Source: Octopus sinensis
Lineage: Eukaryota
Length of the DNA: 64,000 bases
Direction of reading: 5' to 3'
NCBI RefSeq assembly: GCF_006345805.1
Contig: NC_042998.1
Coordinates: 155,682,001-155,746,000, forward strand
Positions 1 through 13,203 of this stretch are shown in pieces. The position numbers and the translations under genes are program-made. The notes under the pieces were generated by a model that ran no database searches, was not told where the DNA came from, and saw nothing but the letters and a program-made list of their open reading frames with translations. How positions within the stretch are numbered: position 1 is the first letter of the stretch; each line of letters begins with the position of its first letter.

Positions 1-615
1 CATATTTTGCACTGTATGATCACTACCTTATATAGCAGGGGGTGTTCATGGGAGACAAACAAGGATGACAAAATAGGGACTTCCGGTAAAGGTGGAGGGT
101 GGGTGCGCCGCGAAAACTAGCAGCCATGAAGGGGCGCATCTCATCTCTTGGAGAAGGAATACTTCGTTGTATGTATTAAGAGACATAATTGAGAGAGAGA
201 TATGTTGCGGATTTAGGAGAAATGCGTGAGCTAAATTTATCTTAGACCTCGATAAGTAAGAAGGAACTATAGAATTATACATTTAACATGAGGCGTGAAG
301 CTGAAATATACAGAGTAAAACAGAATAGAGATAAACTAAAAGATAATCAATTGCGCAGAAATAATACTAGGTAGTTAACGGGTTGAATTTAAAGGAATGC
401 TTATCTGTGATACATCATCTTTTGCGTTCGTAGTTTACAGCCAAAGTTTTGATATCGAAATAGGGGAGCTATAATGCATGCGCTAGTTTATATAGGGTGG
501 TGGTGGAGGGGAAGTGGGAAGTCCTGTTGAGTCAAGGGGTAATCGGAAGAGATAGGGAGACAAAACAGAGTGAAGAGATAGAGAAAAACATAGCGAGACA
601 GAGAGGTGGGGGAAT
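1..615 (-). mobile_element. 5' leader of the RTE LINE family (element continues off the left edge)
   Basis: Reverse complement aligns by eye with 14380-15610, the leader of the RTE copy in the SPEF1 intron (e.g. GACTTCCCACTT, CTATATAAACTA, AAATTTAGCTCACGCAT, GCTAGTTTTCGCGG). Confidence 0.7.
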
Positions 616-1937
616 AAGTATATATATATATTCAGCAAAATTTAGATTCAAATGAATATGGTACTTAAGTTAGATGCACCAGAATTTTGTATGGTGTTAT
701 CCATATAAATCCATGGGGTGATTATAATCAAAATAAGCAACAAGAATATCTTCAGTCATTTGGTACGATCGTTTCATGCTACATCATTTTATTAAACATT
801 GTAAGTATTACAACAGTTTTAAAATGTTGAGCAATCATCAGACATTTATAGAGGTTTTCCATCAATACATATACTTATTTTCATGTTAATTGATAACATT
901 ATAAAGAGGGTAGATATATAGACAGAGATGTTCATTTGAATGTTAAGAACATTAAGGTATTAGAATTTATCTTCTGACTAAAGAATATTCTTAAGTTATT
1001 TTGAACAGCTAGAAAGTGGGGAGGGATATTCTGTTGAATGGAGACAAAAGAGATATTCTATTTATAGAATTAGGTAGGGGTAAAATAAATGTCAGAAGTT
1101 ATTCCTAAAGAAATTAAAGTGGAAAGGGGATTATATTGTCTTAGATGCTGTTTACTGCTATTTGTCAGTCAGATTTTGTATCAAGAAAACTAGGTCAATG
1201 CTAAATGGTCACAATGACCAACTACATACTAAATAGTTATAGAAAATACAGAGATTCCTTTACACTTATACAAACATATACAAATATGCATCAGCTTTAA
1301 TCTATAAGATTATACTTAGCAAGTAGGTGTTGATTATTTTAATATGTTGGATTAAAAGAGAATTATAAAATCTAAACCTATCATTTATTATGAGTATGCA
1401 TAATACTCAATAACTGTGGAAAAAAGTCCTATTAATTAAGTGAATATATTAGGAGTCAATGATATATATTAGAAAAAGCGGAAGAGGAGTAATCAAAATG
1501 AGTGATTTTCTTTGATTTAGTAGATGGTGATTCATTTCTAGGAAGAGAAGTAATCAAGAAGAGTAAATTTCTTAGATTTAGTAGATGGTGAATTGTTGTT
1601 AATGAATTAAATTAAAGAATCTGTTAGACATAATATTTACTACATGCGGAGAAAAAAACTAATCAGTTAGGTAAAAATATCCGGGGTCAATGATATATTA
1701 AAAAATGGAAGTGAGGTAATCAAGATGAACTGAGTAGTTTCATTAGAGATATAGAATTTTTTCTATTTAATATAGGAGATTATCAGAAAAGAAAAAAAAA
1801 AAGAGAATGTAATTCCAAATATGCATTGAAGTTTTTTAGTAATCTGTGCACGTTGAATAAAAGCTTGTATGGTATATTCATTCTTATTTAGTTATAAAGA
1901 ATTAGAATTTGAAAATTTAGGAATGGTCACAGTATTA

Positions 1938-2315
1938 TTATTTAAAATATTTAAACGTACGGGTTGTGCAATGTATGCAAGATATGCCTAGTTCAGAATG
2001 GTTATTTAACAAATTTGTATTATTCCTCTGCTTTAAAATTTCATATGTTTCCATAGAACAAAGTTCACAACAATCTCTACTATTTTTATAAGGCCATGCT
2101 TTCCTTACTGTATCCCATTTCAGGTTAAATTCTATATTATTTCTTTTCAGTTCCCAAATTTTACTGTACAATGTTGTGCAACCTGACTTGTGTTTAAGCC
2201 TGAAGGAGGAAAAATGATTGTTTAAACGTCTTTTTAGATCCACCGAACAACCGAAATAAAGATAGCTGTTATTTGAAGTCATTATTGTACATTTATATAT
2301 TACATTTTGGACCAG
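1938..2315 (-). pseudogene. GIY-YIG endonuclease domain of a Penelope-like element
   Basis: NVIYKCTI..SYLYFGCS..LKRRLNNHFSSF...LYSKIWELK...C.LC..E.YEIL...LLN..SEL..SC.H is the typical PLE GIY-YIG C-terminus. Confidence 0.85.
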
Positions 2316-3090
2316 ACAGCGGCCACCATCTACTAAATCTAAGAAATTTACTCTTCTTGATTACTTCTCTTCCTAAAAATGAATCACCATCTACTAAACC
2401 TAAGAAAATCACTCATTTTGATTACTCCTCTTCTGCTTTTTCTAATATATATCATTGACCCCTAATATATTCACTTAATTAATAAGACTTTTTTCCACAG
2501 TTATTGAGTATTATGCATACTCATAATAAATGATAGGTTTTTTCTCCAAAATTAATAAATATTAGATTTATAATTCTCTTTTAATCCAACGTATTAAAAT
2601 AATCAACACCTACTTGCTAAGTATAATCTTATAGATTAAAGCTGATGCATATTTGTATATGTTTGTATAAGTGTAAAGGAATCTCTGTATTTTCTATAAC
2701 TATTTAGTATGTAGTTGGTCATTGTGACCATTTAGCATTGACCTAGTTTTCTTGATACAAAATCTGACTGACAAATAGCAGTAAACAGCATCTAAGACAA
2801 TATAATCCCCTTTCCACTTTAATTTCTTTAGGAATAACTTCTGACATTTATTTCACCCCTACCTAATTCTATAAATAGAATATCTCTTTTGTCTCCATTC
2901 AACAGAATATCCCTCCCCACTTTCTAGCTGTTCAAAATAACTTAAGAATATTCTTTAGTCAGAAGATAAATTCTAATACCTTAATGTTCTTAACATTCAA
3001 ATGAACATCTCTGTCTATATATCTACCCTCTTTATAATGTTATCAATTAACATGAAAATAAGTATATGTATTGATGGAAAACCTCTATAA

Positions 3091-3177
3091 ATGTCTGATG
3101 ATTGCTCAACATTTTAAAACTGTTGTAATACTTACAATGTTTAATAAAATGATGTAGCATGAAACGATCGTACCAAA
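3091..3177 (+). ncRNA. Hammerhead ribozyme-like motif (mirror copy at ~758-845 on -)
   Basis: CTGATGA (3095) - TTGCT...long stem II...AGCAT - GAAAC (3161) - GATC - GTA. Stem III is palindromic (ACGATCGT); stem I is poorly supported. Confidence 0.55.
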
Positions 3178-3257
3178 TGACTGAAGATATTCTTGTTGCT
3201 TATTTTGATTATATATATATATATATATATAGGGGGGGGTTGTATATATGTGTGTGT

Positions 3258-3515
3258 ATAAAATTTTTCAGAATGAGATAAAAATCCAAGGCTGTGAAAG
3301 ATGTTAGAACATTTATAAATAGAAGGTCTTAGAAGGTGTTGTTTCCAGGACATTTTATATATCCCTTCATCGGAGACTGTGAAGGGATACATAAAATATT
3401 CCGTCTCCGATGAAGGGATATATAAAATATCCTGGAAACAGCTGTAAGACCTTTTTATAAATGTTCTGAAATATTTCACAGCCTTGAATTTTTATCTCAT
3501 TCTGAAAATTTTTTA
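3258..3515. mobile_element. Non-autonomous fold-back element built from two inverted PLE-type ends, with an HHR in each arm
   Basis: AAATTTTTCAGAATGAGATAAAA...TTTTATCTCATTCTGAAAATTT arms. HHR at 3403-3450: GTCT-CCGATGA-AGGGATA/TATCCTG-GAAAC-AGCT-GTA-AGAC. Confidence 0.7.
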
Positions 3516-4314
3516 ATATATACACATGCTGATATATGACCTACATTGGACTCCTCATTCGCATAATCACCGAACCTGGAGCTTAACTATAGTCTGTCCA
3601 TAGCACTTACTCAACATTACCTGACACCTTTGGGTCTTATTGACACCATTACCTCTCATAACCTCTATATGTATATATAAATTAAAGTAGTGAAGAAAAC
3701 AAGTCATCAATGCAGGACTATGGCATTTAAATTCATTTAATTCAATCTAAGAGAGTTGAATTAGCAATAACAGTAATACAATATTGGTAGAGAGAATAGA
3801 AAAAAGGCAATAGATGTTAGCAACTGATTGTCAACTTTTTTCCGAAGAGGGCATTTGTGTTACCACAACTCCATCCCCTGTTCGAATTGGGATTTTTGTG
3901 GCTTATCTTTTGGAGCACTCAGAATGCACACCTATTAGTTTGAGCTACCTTAACCTAAACTCCTCATCTTCTGTCTGTCTGTATGTATTTGTGTGTGTAT
4001 ACACACACACACACATGTGTGTGTGTGTTTATGTATATATATATATCTATATAGTCTTCTACTATATCATAGAGCTGACCAAAGCCTTGTGAGTAAAGTA
4101 CATGGTAACTGAAAGATCTTCATATGGGTAATGTTTTCAACTGAGAGATTACAATCATATCTGATTCTTCAAGTGCTTCAATTCTGTGTATGTACATATA
4201 TTTGCTAGATTGCTGATTGGTGGTTTTCCCTATTGTGTTGTGCTGTTTTCTATCTTTAATAAAATTGTCGACATTTTTACCAACACGGGTATGCTAGTGA
4301 TAATAATAATAGTC

Positions 4315-4520
4315 TCTTCTTCTATAGGTACAAGGACTAAACTTTTAGGGGAAAGGGCTAGTTGATTTTATTGATCCAATAACTGGTACTTATTTCATTG
4401 ACCCTGAAAGGAAGAAAGGCAAAGTTAACCCTGGTGGCATTTGAATCAGAATGTAAGGCTGGAAGAAATATTGCTAAGCATTTTGTCTGGTGTGGTAACA
4501 ATATTGTGTATTTGCCACCT
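4315..4520 (-). mobile_element. tRNA-derived SINE (Nin/Deu-domain-like), diverged
   Basis: Same family as 26570-26785 (ACTGGTACTTATTT..GACCC.GAAAGGA.GAAAGGCAAAGT..AC...GG.ATTTGAA). Confidence 0.7.
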
Positions 4521-4633
4521 TCTTAATGATGATAATAATAATAATAATATTTTAAAAGGATTGATGTAACTCTTCAGAAAGGTAAACAGACAAGACGAAG
4601 AGCATGATGTGATTGCAATAGATATTTTATTGG

Positions 4634-4676
4634 TTGAACAATATTTCGACAGGAAACCTGTCTTTGTCGAGTTCAA
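4634..4676 (-). ncRNA. Minimal hammerhead-like fold with variant core at the 3' end of the PLE
   Basis: On -: TTGAAC-TCGACAA-A-GACAG gtttc CTGTC-GAAA-TA-TT-GTTCAA. Perfect stems I and II and GAAA are present; the CUGANGA core is altered. Confidence 0.6.
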
Positions 4677-6592
4677 AATAAGAAGTGATAAAAATTCAAA
4701 ATTATAGAAATTTAAATTTAAAATATGAACGACAGCAACCAGCATCCACATGTTGATGGAATAACATCATCAGTCTTTCAGTTTCAAGTTTATAACAGGT
4801 GAAAAGAAAAAAAACAAAAAAAGAGGAAAGAAGAAAATAAAAGGAAAAAGAATATTTAATCAAACAGTTTTGTATAAATTTGATGATATTCTCCTGTCAT
4901 TTTATTCATTCCTCCAGGGTGTGATGTTAATAACCTGCAAACATATTCTTCTCATGCATTTTAAGAAGTAAAAGTGTAGCAGAATCAGAATATTTTCTGA
5001 GAATATGCACGTTCAAGTCTTTTTCAAAATTGCAGCCGTTTCATGTAAAATGTTCGGCAAGTTCTGTCGAACTACTGTTATTGTACCTTACGTCATATCT
5101 GTGCCCATTAAATCTTTTTGTTTAATTGTTCTGTTGTACAACTAACATGAATCAAGTTGTGTTTCGCGCATTCTGCCGCATACACCAGATGGGAATCTCT
5201 ACATGTCCCACCTTCTGTATATACCATAACATTTCTGTTATGATTCCTGATGGAATTCACTTGACTCATGTTGTTGTGCAATGAACAGGGCTTACCTCTC
5301 TTGTGGCTGTTTTTCAAGGTACAGTGTGCAAAGACTCCAATGTTCGTTTTCTTGGAGTCAGAAATAGAGGTCAATAATTTTTGTATATTCTTATTCCGTC
5401 TAAAGGTTACAAAAGGCAGCTGAGGAAATATCTGTTTGAAATTATATTTTTTCGCCACATGCTGGTAACTTTCATGCAACACTTTTGAAATAACAGCAAA
5501 ATTTCAGTGCCAGTTAATCACTAAAGGAATTCTGTCATCTATTGTATTGTGTTTGCTAAAATTATGCATGAAGGTTTGACTATCTTTGCTAATCTTAGCT
5601 AATTCATTTGCTATTTCCTTTAATTATGATTCACTGTAACCGCAATTAAACTATCCCGTGATCCTTCCTAGACAAAAAAGATGTCATCAATGAACCGTAA
5701 CCAGAGTATTGGTTCATGACCATGAAAGGATTTGAATGTCTTCAGTAACTGTGTCATGAATTTCGTCATGAAGACATTAGCAAAATTAACTGTAATGGGG
5801 CTACCCATGGCACAACCCCTCGAACTGGTGATAAAATCTTTGCCCAAACTTCATTGTGTTACTTTGTAACACAAACTTCAATAACCTACAGAGAAAATTT
5901 GATGGAATACTTTTGCTTAACCGCTATTTGAAGACATCCATGCATGCTTCTACTCTGTTATTGTGCTCAATACTGGGATATAAGGAAGAAACAGCCATAG
6001 TTACCAAAAAACAGTTCTCAACACAGCCTCGGTGCTTAAAAAAGTTGTTGATTTTATCCACAAAATCAAAAGTATCCTGAATATAGGAACTTTGATCTTT
6101 TTGTGACAGGGAGTAGAAAACCATCCAGTCATTCCAAAATCTTGACTATCCAACATTCATATCTGCTGCAAATTGAGGGCATTGGAAAAAATCTTTCGAA
6201 CTTTTTGTGTATTTTAGGGAGACCATAAAATACAGGTGTTCTTTCTGACCCAAATCCTGGATTCGGCCTTATTAATGAAATTGTTTTCCACCATTTCCAG
6301 AATTATTTTGTCAAGTACCTCTCTGTAATTGGAGTTTGGATTGGCAGGTAATTCTTCATATGAAGTTTTGTCATTTAAAACTTCTTTGCAAGCCAAAATA
6401 TACTCACTTTTGTCCATAATTATGATAGTGCATCTGCCATTTTAATAACAATAGAATTGTTATTAGTTAGACGTCGAATTGTGTAACATTGAGAATTTGT
6501 GAGGTTATTCCAGGACTTCTTTCCACTTGTTTCAAGGCTTTCTCTAATGTCTATCTGACAAGATTCAAGAAATTCCAATAGTACTTGTGAAT

Positions 6593-6780
6593 GTCCATCC
6601 TGAACTTTATCTGGTTACCAATTGGGATTCTTTTCAATCCAATTATGCCAGATTTGATTATCATCATTTTTATTTTCAGTAAGCCTATGCTTACTGAAAA
6701 TAAAAATGATGATAATCAAATCTGGCATAATTGGATTGAAAAGAATCCCAATTGGTAACCAGATAAAGTTCAGGATGGAC
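6593..6780. repeat. Perfect palindrome, 92-bp arms, 4-nt loop (CTAT)
   Basis: 6593-6684 is the exact reverse complement of 6689-6780. Confidence 0.95.
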
Positions 6781-7054
6781 TTTTCTGACTCCTTGTTACC
6801 AGTTTTTTTAGTACTTGGGCAGAAACTCAGTTCAAGCTCCAAGACTGAGACATTGTCGGGAAAAATTTTTAGTTTAGATAAATTTATGACAGACTTATTC
6901 TCTAGTGTGATGGATTTTCTTGGGCAAATGGTTTTCAGAGTCTTACTTTCATTAGATTTCTTACTACTCTTTGGGCTTTTCTCAAAATCTTCACTTAAAA
7001 TATGGAATCTATTGGAAGATAAAATTTGTTCTGAATGTCCATGTGGGATAATAA

Positions 7055-7236
7055 TTATTCTTTCTACTATAGGCACAAGGCCTGGTCAATTACATTGATT
7101 CCAGTACTTGACTGGTGCTTATTTTATTGACCCTGAAAGGACGTACAGCTGAGTTGACCTTGGCAGAACTTGAACTCAGAATGAAATGTCACTCAACACT
7201 TTGTCTAGTGTGCTATTAGTTCTACCAGCTCACCAT
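7055..7236 (-). mobile_element. tRNA-derived SINE (Nin/Deu-domain-like), diverged
   Basis: Shares the GACTGGT.CTTATTTTATTGACCC.GAAAGGA...TTGAACTCAGAA core with 26570-26785. Confidence 0.65.
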
Positions 7237-8451
7237 TTTAATAATGATAATAGTAATAATAATGATGATAATAATAATAATGATGATGATGATAATTTTT
7301 AGTCTCTTAGTTTGTCATGAGGATTTGTTCAGTTGCTTCTCCATGCAGCCAAGAAACATATTTTCATTCATTAACTTCACCAGCTACAATAGCAGCATGG
7401 ATGAAACATCATAAGCCCATTTGTGGCAGGTGTAAAGAGAGATGGGATGAGATGGCTGGGTCACAAGTTGAGGAAGAATGAAAGTAACTGGATGGGTGGA
7501 GTAGAGAAAGGAGAAAACAAAGAAAGGCATGGTTAAAAATGATGGAGGAAGAAATGTAAGGGAGTTGGTGAGGAGAATGTAGAGGATAGGGTAAAATGGG
7601 AAAGATAATCATGGGACCTGCTAGGTTAACTCCTGTTTTCGCAGGGAAAAAATGACCATTAAAATGCTTGTTGCTGTTTTCTTAACTTAATTTGTCTCTC
7701 TGACATAAAATTCTTCTGTAAAATCTTCATTGTCATAATGAGTGTGGTAGTATCATATACCACCTTTTCTGTTTGTAAAAGAAATCAAACAGATAAATAG
7801 TTCACCATATATTCAGCACCTTTAAATTTCTTCAGTGTAAAGTTAGAGAAAAAAGTGAATCAGCATAATTTCTAGAGCTTGTAAGAGAAAAATTCATAAC
7901 TTTCATAGTGATAATAGTAATTATTATTCTCTTTAATTTATCTGTGATGTTGCCACTATTGCAGTGAGTAGGATAATATTGTAGTTGTTGAAATTCACTT
8001 GTAGATTCTACACAAATAGTCTGTTTATTTTAGGGAGACAACTTTATTAAGTTTGGTTTTGGAAATGTAGAAAATGCTTTTGATACTGTAAATTTTTATA
8101 ATGAATTAAAATTTTCAACAAATTGGCACCTAAAAATACTGCTTACTTATAATTTCACATGATTAAATTTCTAGAATTTTTAGATCTGATAAAAAAAAAA
8201 AAACGGAATTCATTACAAATGTTAAATATCTTTCATTAAGTTACTAAAATAAAAGTTTTTTTAGATGTTTAATTACTAGTTTTCACAGCCAATTTATGTT
8301 TGTTTATGTTAATTCTATCAATAATAGATTAGATATTTAACCAATAGCTCTTGAAAGTTGTCATAGAAAGAAAATATTTTCCTCTTACTTTGAGAATGAT
8401 GCATTCCAAAATATTTTCAATTTATATTTTACTTTGTTATTTTTATAACAG

Positions 8452-8714
8452 GCGAGTCTTTTCCAAGATGAAATTCGAACTTTCAGATGAGGTCATTTGT
8501 GCTGTTGCATATTGCAAGCCATATGCTATTGAAAAAGTATTACTTTTTTTGCGTTCACGATTAGAAACTTTTAATAATAAGGAATGGGCTCACACTAGCT
8601 ACTTGAAGTTTAATCTTGACCAAAAAACAGTTCCTCTGTTAGACCCTCCAGAACAGGAATTTCAAAATCAATTACCACAAAATTGTGATCAACCTGAAGC
8701 TGACCAAAGTACAT
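8452..8714 (+). CDS. SPEF1: SPEF1/CLAMP-like (sperm flagellar protein 1) internal exon, end of the CH domain; upstream exons not found in window
   Basis: cag|...|gtgagt; RRVFSKMKFELSDEVICAVAYCKPYAIEKVLLFLRSRLE resembles the end of the SPEF1 CH domain; ends in phase 1. Confidence 0.85.
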
Positions 8715-8919
8715 GTGAGTTTTTCAAAAGCATTCATAAAAATTTATTTCTGTCTAAAATTTTATGAAATTTGCTCGTAAATTGAGTCTTAGGTGTTAGT
8801 ATCATAAGTTATTGTGAATATTTATTTACTTCTGAAAGCTGTTTAATCTGTATTACTACCAGTAATCATTAATTTTACAGGTTTAGCATTGGCCCTAAAC
8901 TTTTAATGGAGTCAAAAGG

Positions 8920-10960
8920 GCACAGTCATGATATACTGTACATCTATCTTGATGGTATACACAAACTTAGTTCTCTGCTAATCATTTTTCTGTCCATTCC
9001 TTGATGATGTCCATATACCTTTTTCCAATCTCCTCTCTTCCTGTTTTCTCCTTCCAAGGTTCCTTGAAGAATGGTCTTTGTAAGGCCATCAGATATTCTT
9101 ATGTGGGCATATCAGCTCAGTTTTTTTCTTTCTTTTTCTTTTCTTTACTGTTATGAGAAAGCCATCATGGAGTCTAATTTAATGCTGTATGGTTTTGTAT
9201 ATTCCAAGTATGAGATATTTGTTGCAGTAGCATCCCATTTTCAGTGCGTCTGTCTTTCTCTGTACAGGCATTTCCTGTCTTATGGAAACATTGTATTCCT
9301 GAAAATTTTGCCAAAATGTAAAATTCCATTGCATAAAACCTATTTTCCATTGTCTTCCATGTTATATAAGAATCATTGAACATGGAAATCCACAGAAAAT
9401 ATGTTTTGCAAATTAGAATTTTATGTTACAGCAATCCTGAATGTAGGGATATTTGTATTTCTAGATTAGCTTCAGTTTGGTTAATATGGTCATTTTCTGT
9501 GTATTTTTGTTGAGGAATTCAGGGTTTGATCCTTTTTTATTACTAATTACCCCCAGGTATTTGAGATACTATGCTATCTCAAGTTTCAGTCCTTTACTGA
9601 GATGTTTGTTATGATGACACTGTAGACATTTGCCACTAATCTGGTTTCTTCAGCACTGATTTCCACTTTAAACTGTGTGGAAGCACTATTAAAGTGGTTC
9701 ACTAATTTAATTAATTCCTCCTCTCTTCTTGCTATCCATCAGTGTCATCTGCAAATCTTGTGATGTTCTTCCCTCTGATGCTGACTATGCTCACAGTCTT
9801 CTGAGACCATTATTCATGATACACTCCAGGAATATGTTACAGAGAATGGAGGAGAAGAAACATCCCTGATGGTCTCCTTCAGTGGTATGAGAACCATTTT
9901 CTGATGGTTCTTGTGTGAGTACTGCACTGATTATATTGGCATAAAGTCCTTGGTTAGTACAAGTCAGTTTATACTTCATATTGAATTTCTGCATTGTGGT
10001 CCATCATCATTCCAGTCTCTGTCAAATCCCTTCTTGAAGTTTATGAAATTATGGTATAATTCACTTTAGTGTTGGAAGTATTTCTCACAGAGGATGCTGA
10101 TATGAAGTGCTTTTGTCATTATGGAAGCTTGCTTGTTCCTTGGCTATGATGTTTTGTTCTTAAGGTCTCAGTCTATTCAGGCTGACTCTGATTACTAACT
10201 TTGTTTGCATGGCTGATCTTGCTGATTGTATGATTGTATAATCAGTAGCATTGTACAATTAACTGTACTATGATTCTAGCATAGTTGATGTTTACTTTTC
10301 TGTGAAGCCTTATTATCAACACCTGAGTTTAAAGTATCATAAGTTATTTATTAGCCATTCACTGTCTTCCAAATTGTATTGTAGATGGTCATAAGGAGAT
10401 CTATTGTGGCTTTTTCTCTATACATTACCAGCAATCTTACATTGGCTTTAACTTCTCACATGACTGAGTTATCAGTCTCATTGGAAGATTTGTGTACATT
10501 TTACCTATTTGAACACTATTCTGTTCACCTTTCCCATTATCTTTTACTCAGTGAAGTTTTTTCCATTTTTGTTTTTTGATGGTGTTTACTTTTGGTTTGT
10601 TTTATTTTGTGAGGTCTTTTACCAGGTGGAATAACTTCCTTGTGCTGTGGGGAAGCCTGTCTTCAATATCTTCACATTGTTCATCTGTCTATGCTTTTTA
10701 CAGGTTTCAGTGAAAGGCTTGCAGCCATACTGGGGTAGTGCCTTTGCTTTCCTTTCCACTAATTTTGATCTTATATTTTGTTCTTTTTGTGTTTTTATCA
10801 TTCTTTAGCTTCCTCTTTTTGTCATACATGTCCAATATCATGTTCATGACCCATGATTGAAATTTACAGCCACTTTTATCCGTAATCTCTTTTAATGTCT
10901 CTATCATCACAACAATCTCAAGGTCTTCATGGCATTCTAGTGGTGCAAAGTTTCCCCCAA
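8920..10960 (-). mobile_element. Old degenerate RTE (BovB-like) LINE fragment
   Basis: Remnants of NFINFKKGFD, HQGC..S.IL.NIFLE.IM, RFADDT, FKYLGVI and the RTE C-terminus; heavily disrupted. Confidence 0.65.
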
Positions 10961-10964
10961 GTTA

Positions 10965-11140
10965 TCATCATCATCATCATTCAACATTTGTCTCCTCCGT
11001 GCTGACATAGGTTGGACAATTTGACAGGATATGATGAGTCACAGGGCTGCATTGTACTCCGATGGCTGGATATCTTTCTTAATGCCAACCACATTATAGT
11101 GTAGTGGGTGCTTTTATGATGGTACCAGCACCAATATGAT
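10965..11140 (-). mobile_element. Diverged RTE 3'-end fragment with (TGA)n tail
   Basis: (CAT)n followed by the reverse complement of the family 3' terminus seen at 19090-19258. Confidence 0.6.
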
Positions 11141-12220
11141 TATCATGTAACTCAAAGCCTAAGGAGTCCCCTTAGTAGAAAAGGAGGTGACTTTATGCTA
11201 CATGTTGAGAAGTTAAAGTATGATAGAAGGAAAAGGAACAAGTTTTTTGCTGTTAAGGCAATATATAAAGGTAGATAGGAGTAATTGGAGTAATACTACA
11301 ATATGTTATAAGTAGTGTAATTAGCTTTGAAATACATCTTTTCACAATATTGGACATTTCTATTTTTACCCAATAATCTAATTCATATCTTGTTTGGGAT
11401 GGCCTGTAAAAGAAACTACTGTTTTTTTTTTTAATATAGGACTTGTAAGATAGTATCTTTGTAATTACACACTGTACTTCATTTAATCTTACTATCAAAT
11501 CCATTGATTAAATTACTACAAAATTGCTTCATATTTGATTTGATTTGATCTGCTAATCTTAGATTTCTGTATCGAGGTATTTATGTAGGTGCAGGATAGT
11601 GGATAAGTACATTACTACCTTCAGTTTAAAAATGAAGTTTCTAGCTTAAATTGCGATGTAGATAGCCATGAATAGGATACTTGTTAATGACTTCAAATTG
11701 AACTAATCAAAATGTTGTGTTGAAATAAATATTGTAATAAATATAAGCTCTAAAATGTTAACTACACAGAAAATTATACTCATAATATCAAGAGCTTATC
11801 TGTTTAGATGTATAATTTATTTGACAGAATTTAAAGTATTTCTTGCTTAGGTTGGCAAAATGTTAGAGAGTACTTAGCTTGCATGGTGAAGGTTGTTTTC
11901 CAAATGAATTTGTAAAGACTTGCTTAATTTTACTTCAGGTTTTCACATATGGATCCCTGCTAACTATTGGTGGATTTTTATACACAAATATTCTGCATTA
12001 GTTTCTTCATAATTTTCTTCATCTATTTCTAATGATAGCCTGAATGAGCTTTTTTAAAGTGGCTGGAATTTTAGAACAAAATACCTACCTCCACAGTTGA
12101 TTGCATTCAACTACATACAGCAAAATTCTGTGTAGTTTAAAGAATTCATAGTCTAACCTTTCCTGACAATTATTTATGTTCTCTTATATTTTTACATCTT
12201 GTATATTTATATATACACAG

Positions 12221-12263
12221 GTGAACCATTTTTATACCGTAGAAATAAAAAGACAGTGAAAAG
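12221..12263 (+). CDS. SPEF1: SPEF1-like 43-nt exon (CEPFLYRRNKKTVK)
   Basis: tacacag|...AAG|gtgagt; phase 1 to phase 2 exactly bridges the flanking exons. Confidence 0.75.
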
Positions 12264-13203
12264 GTGAGTGACTAAGCTAATGTAAAATTATTTCCCTTTT
12301 AAATTTTAAAGAATTATTTCCCTTATATCACACTTACATCTTAAATACAAATTTTAAAAGACTTGAAAAAAAATTTAAATCAGCAAAATACAAGAACCTT
12401 TTAAATAATTCTTTTCATAATCCTGAAAAATCTTTAAATTTTTTTTAAACATGGGTTTGACTTGCATTTTGATTATTTAATTTGCTTATGTCCCTGTAAC
12501 TTACTGAGTCAATAAAAGTGCCAAACTTGAAAAATTAAATTGCTGTGATCAATTTGTTCGACTAAACCCTTCAAGGGTCCCAGCTTAGCCACAGTACAAT
12601 GACTGAAACTAAAGAACAAGAGTATGTACCATAAACAAAAGAATTAATTTCATATAAGAATGTATTTCTTGCCAAGCTGTGAAATAATTGTGTCATTAAA
12701 ACCTATTGAAATTATGGGTTTGATAATTAAAGCATCTTGATTTCTATGCATTGTACACATGGTACCCTGTGTATTAAGCATATATTGCCAAATGTTATCT
12801 TATCTAACTGAGAGATTATATATGTTCTGACTTCACTGGAGTTTAATGAAATCCGGAAATGTGATACTTTGATTAGCAGATCTGTATATTCTCTGTAGTA
12901 ATATATTATACAGAACAGTAAATTAATATGGTGTATTATGGAAATTTTTGTATAATAGCTAATGCAGGATCAAACTTCAAATATTCTTTTAGCTTTCCTT
13001 TCTAAGTGTATAATTAAAAAAAAAAAGAAGTTTCTCAAACTTAGCTTAATTTTACTTGTCTGAAATAAAGAGTTGCTATTCTAGTCATCATTCAAGCATA
13101 GAGTTATAAAATTCTGATTTATTACAATTTCCTTTTAATATCTTATAATCTGATAATGCTTGGTAGGTTTTAAATTGAATCACTTTTTTTTCTGTCTTTA
13201 TAG

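Larger units (their letters stand above)
630..3212 (-). mobile_element. 5'-truncated Penelope-like element: GIY-YIG end plus 3' repeat, with an inverted copy of the repeat at the 5' end
   Basis: About 870-bp inverted repeat (723-1590 vs 2324-3212) brackets a GIY-YIG reading frame. There is an HHR motif in each arm and (TA)n at both outer ends. Confidence 0.85.
4540..7050 (-). mobile_element. Degenerate Penelope-like element (N-terminal region, RT, GIY-YIG)
   Basis: Fragments VINLSK..LSFCPS, SYIQDTFDF, LVTMAVSSLYPSIEH, GCAMGSP..VNFANVFM, WLRFIDDIF, PFVTFRRNKNIQ, LVYAAECAKHNL; many stops and frameshifts. Confidence 0.85.

Noticed and set aside
8351-8451. N-terminal part of ORF 8351-8767 as coding
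   Set aside because: It is an intronic T-rich tract ending in an AG acceptor; SPEF1 similarity starts at 8452.
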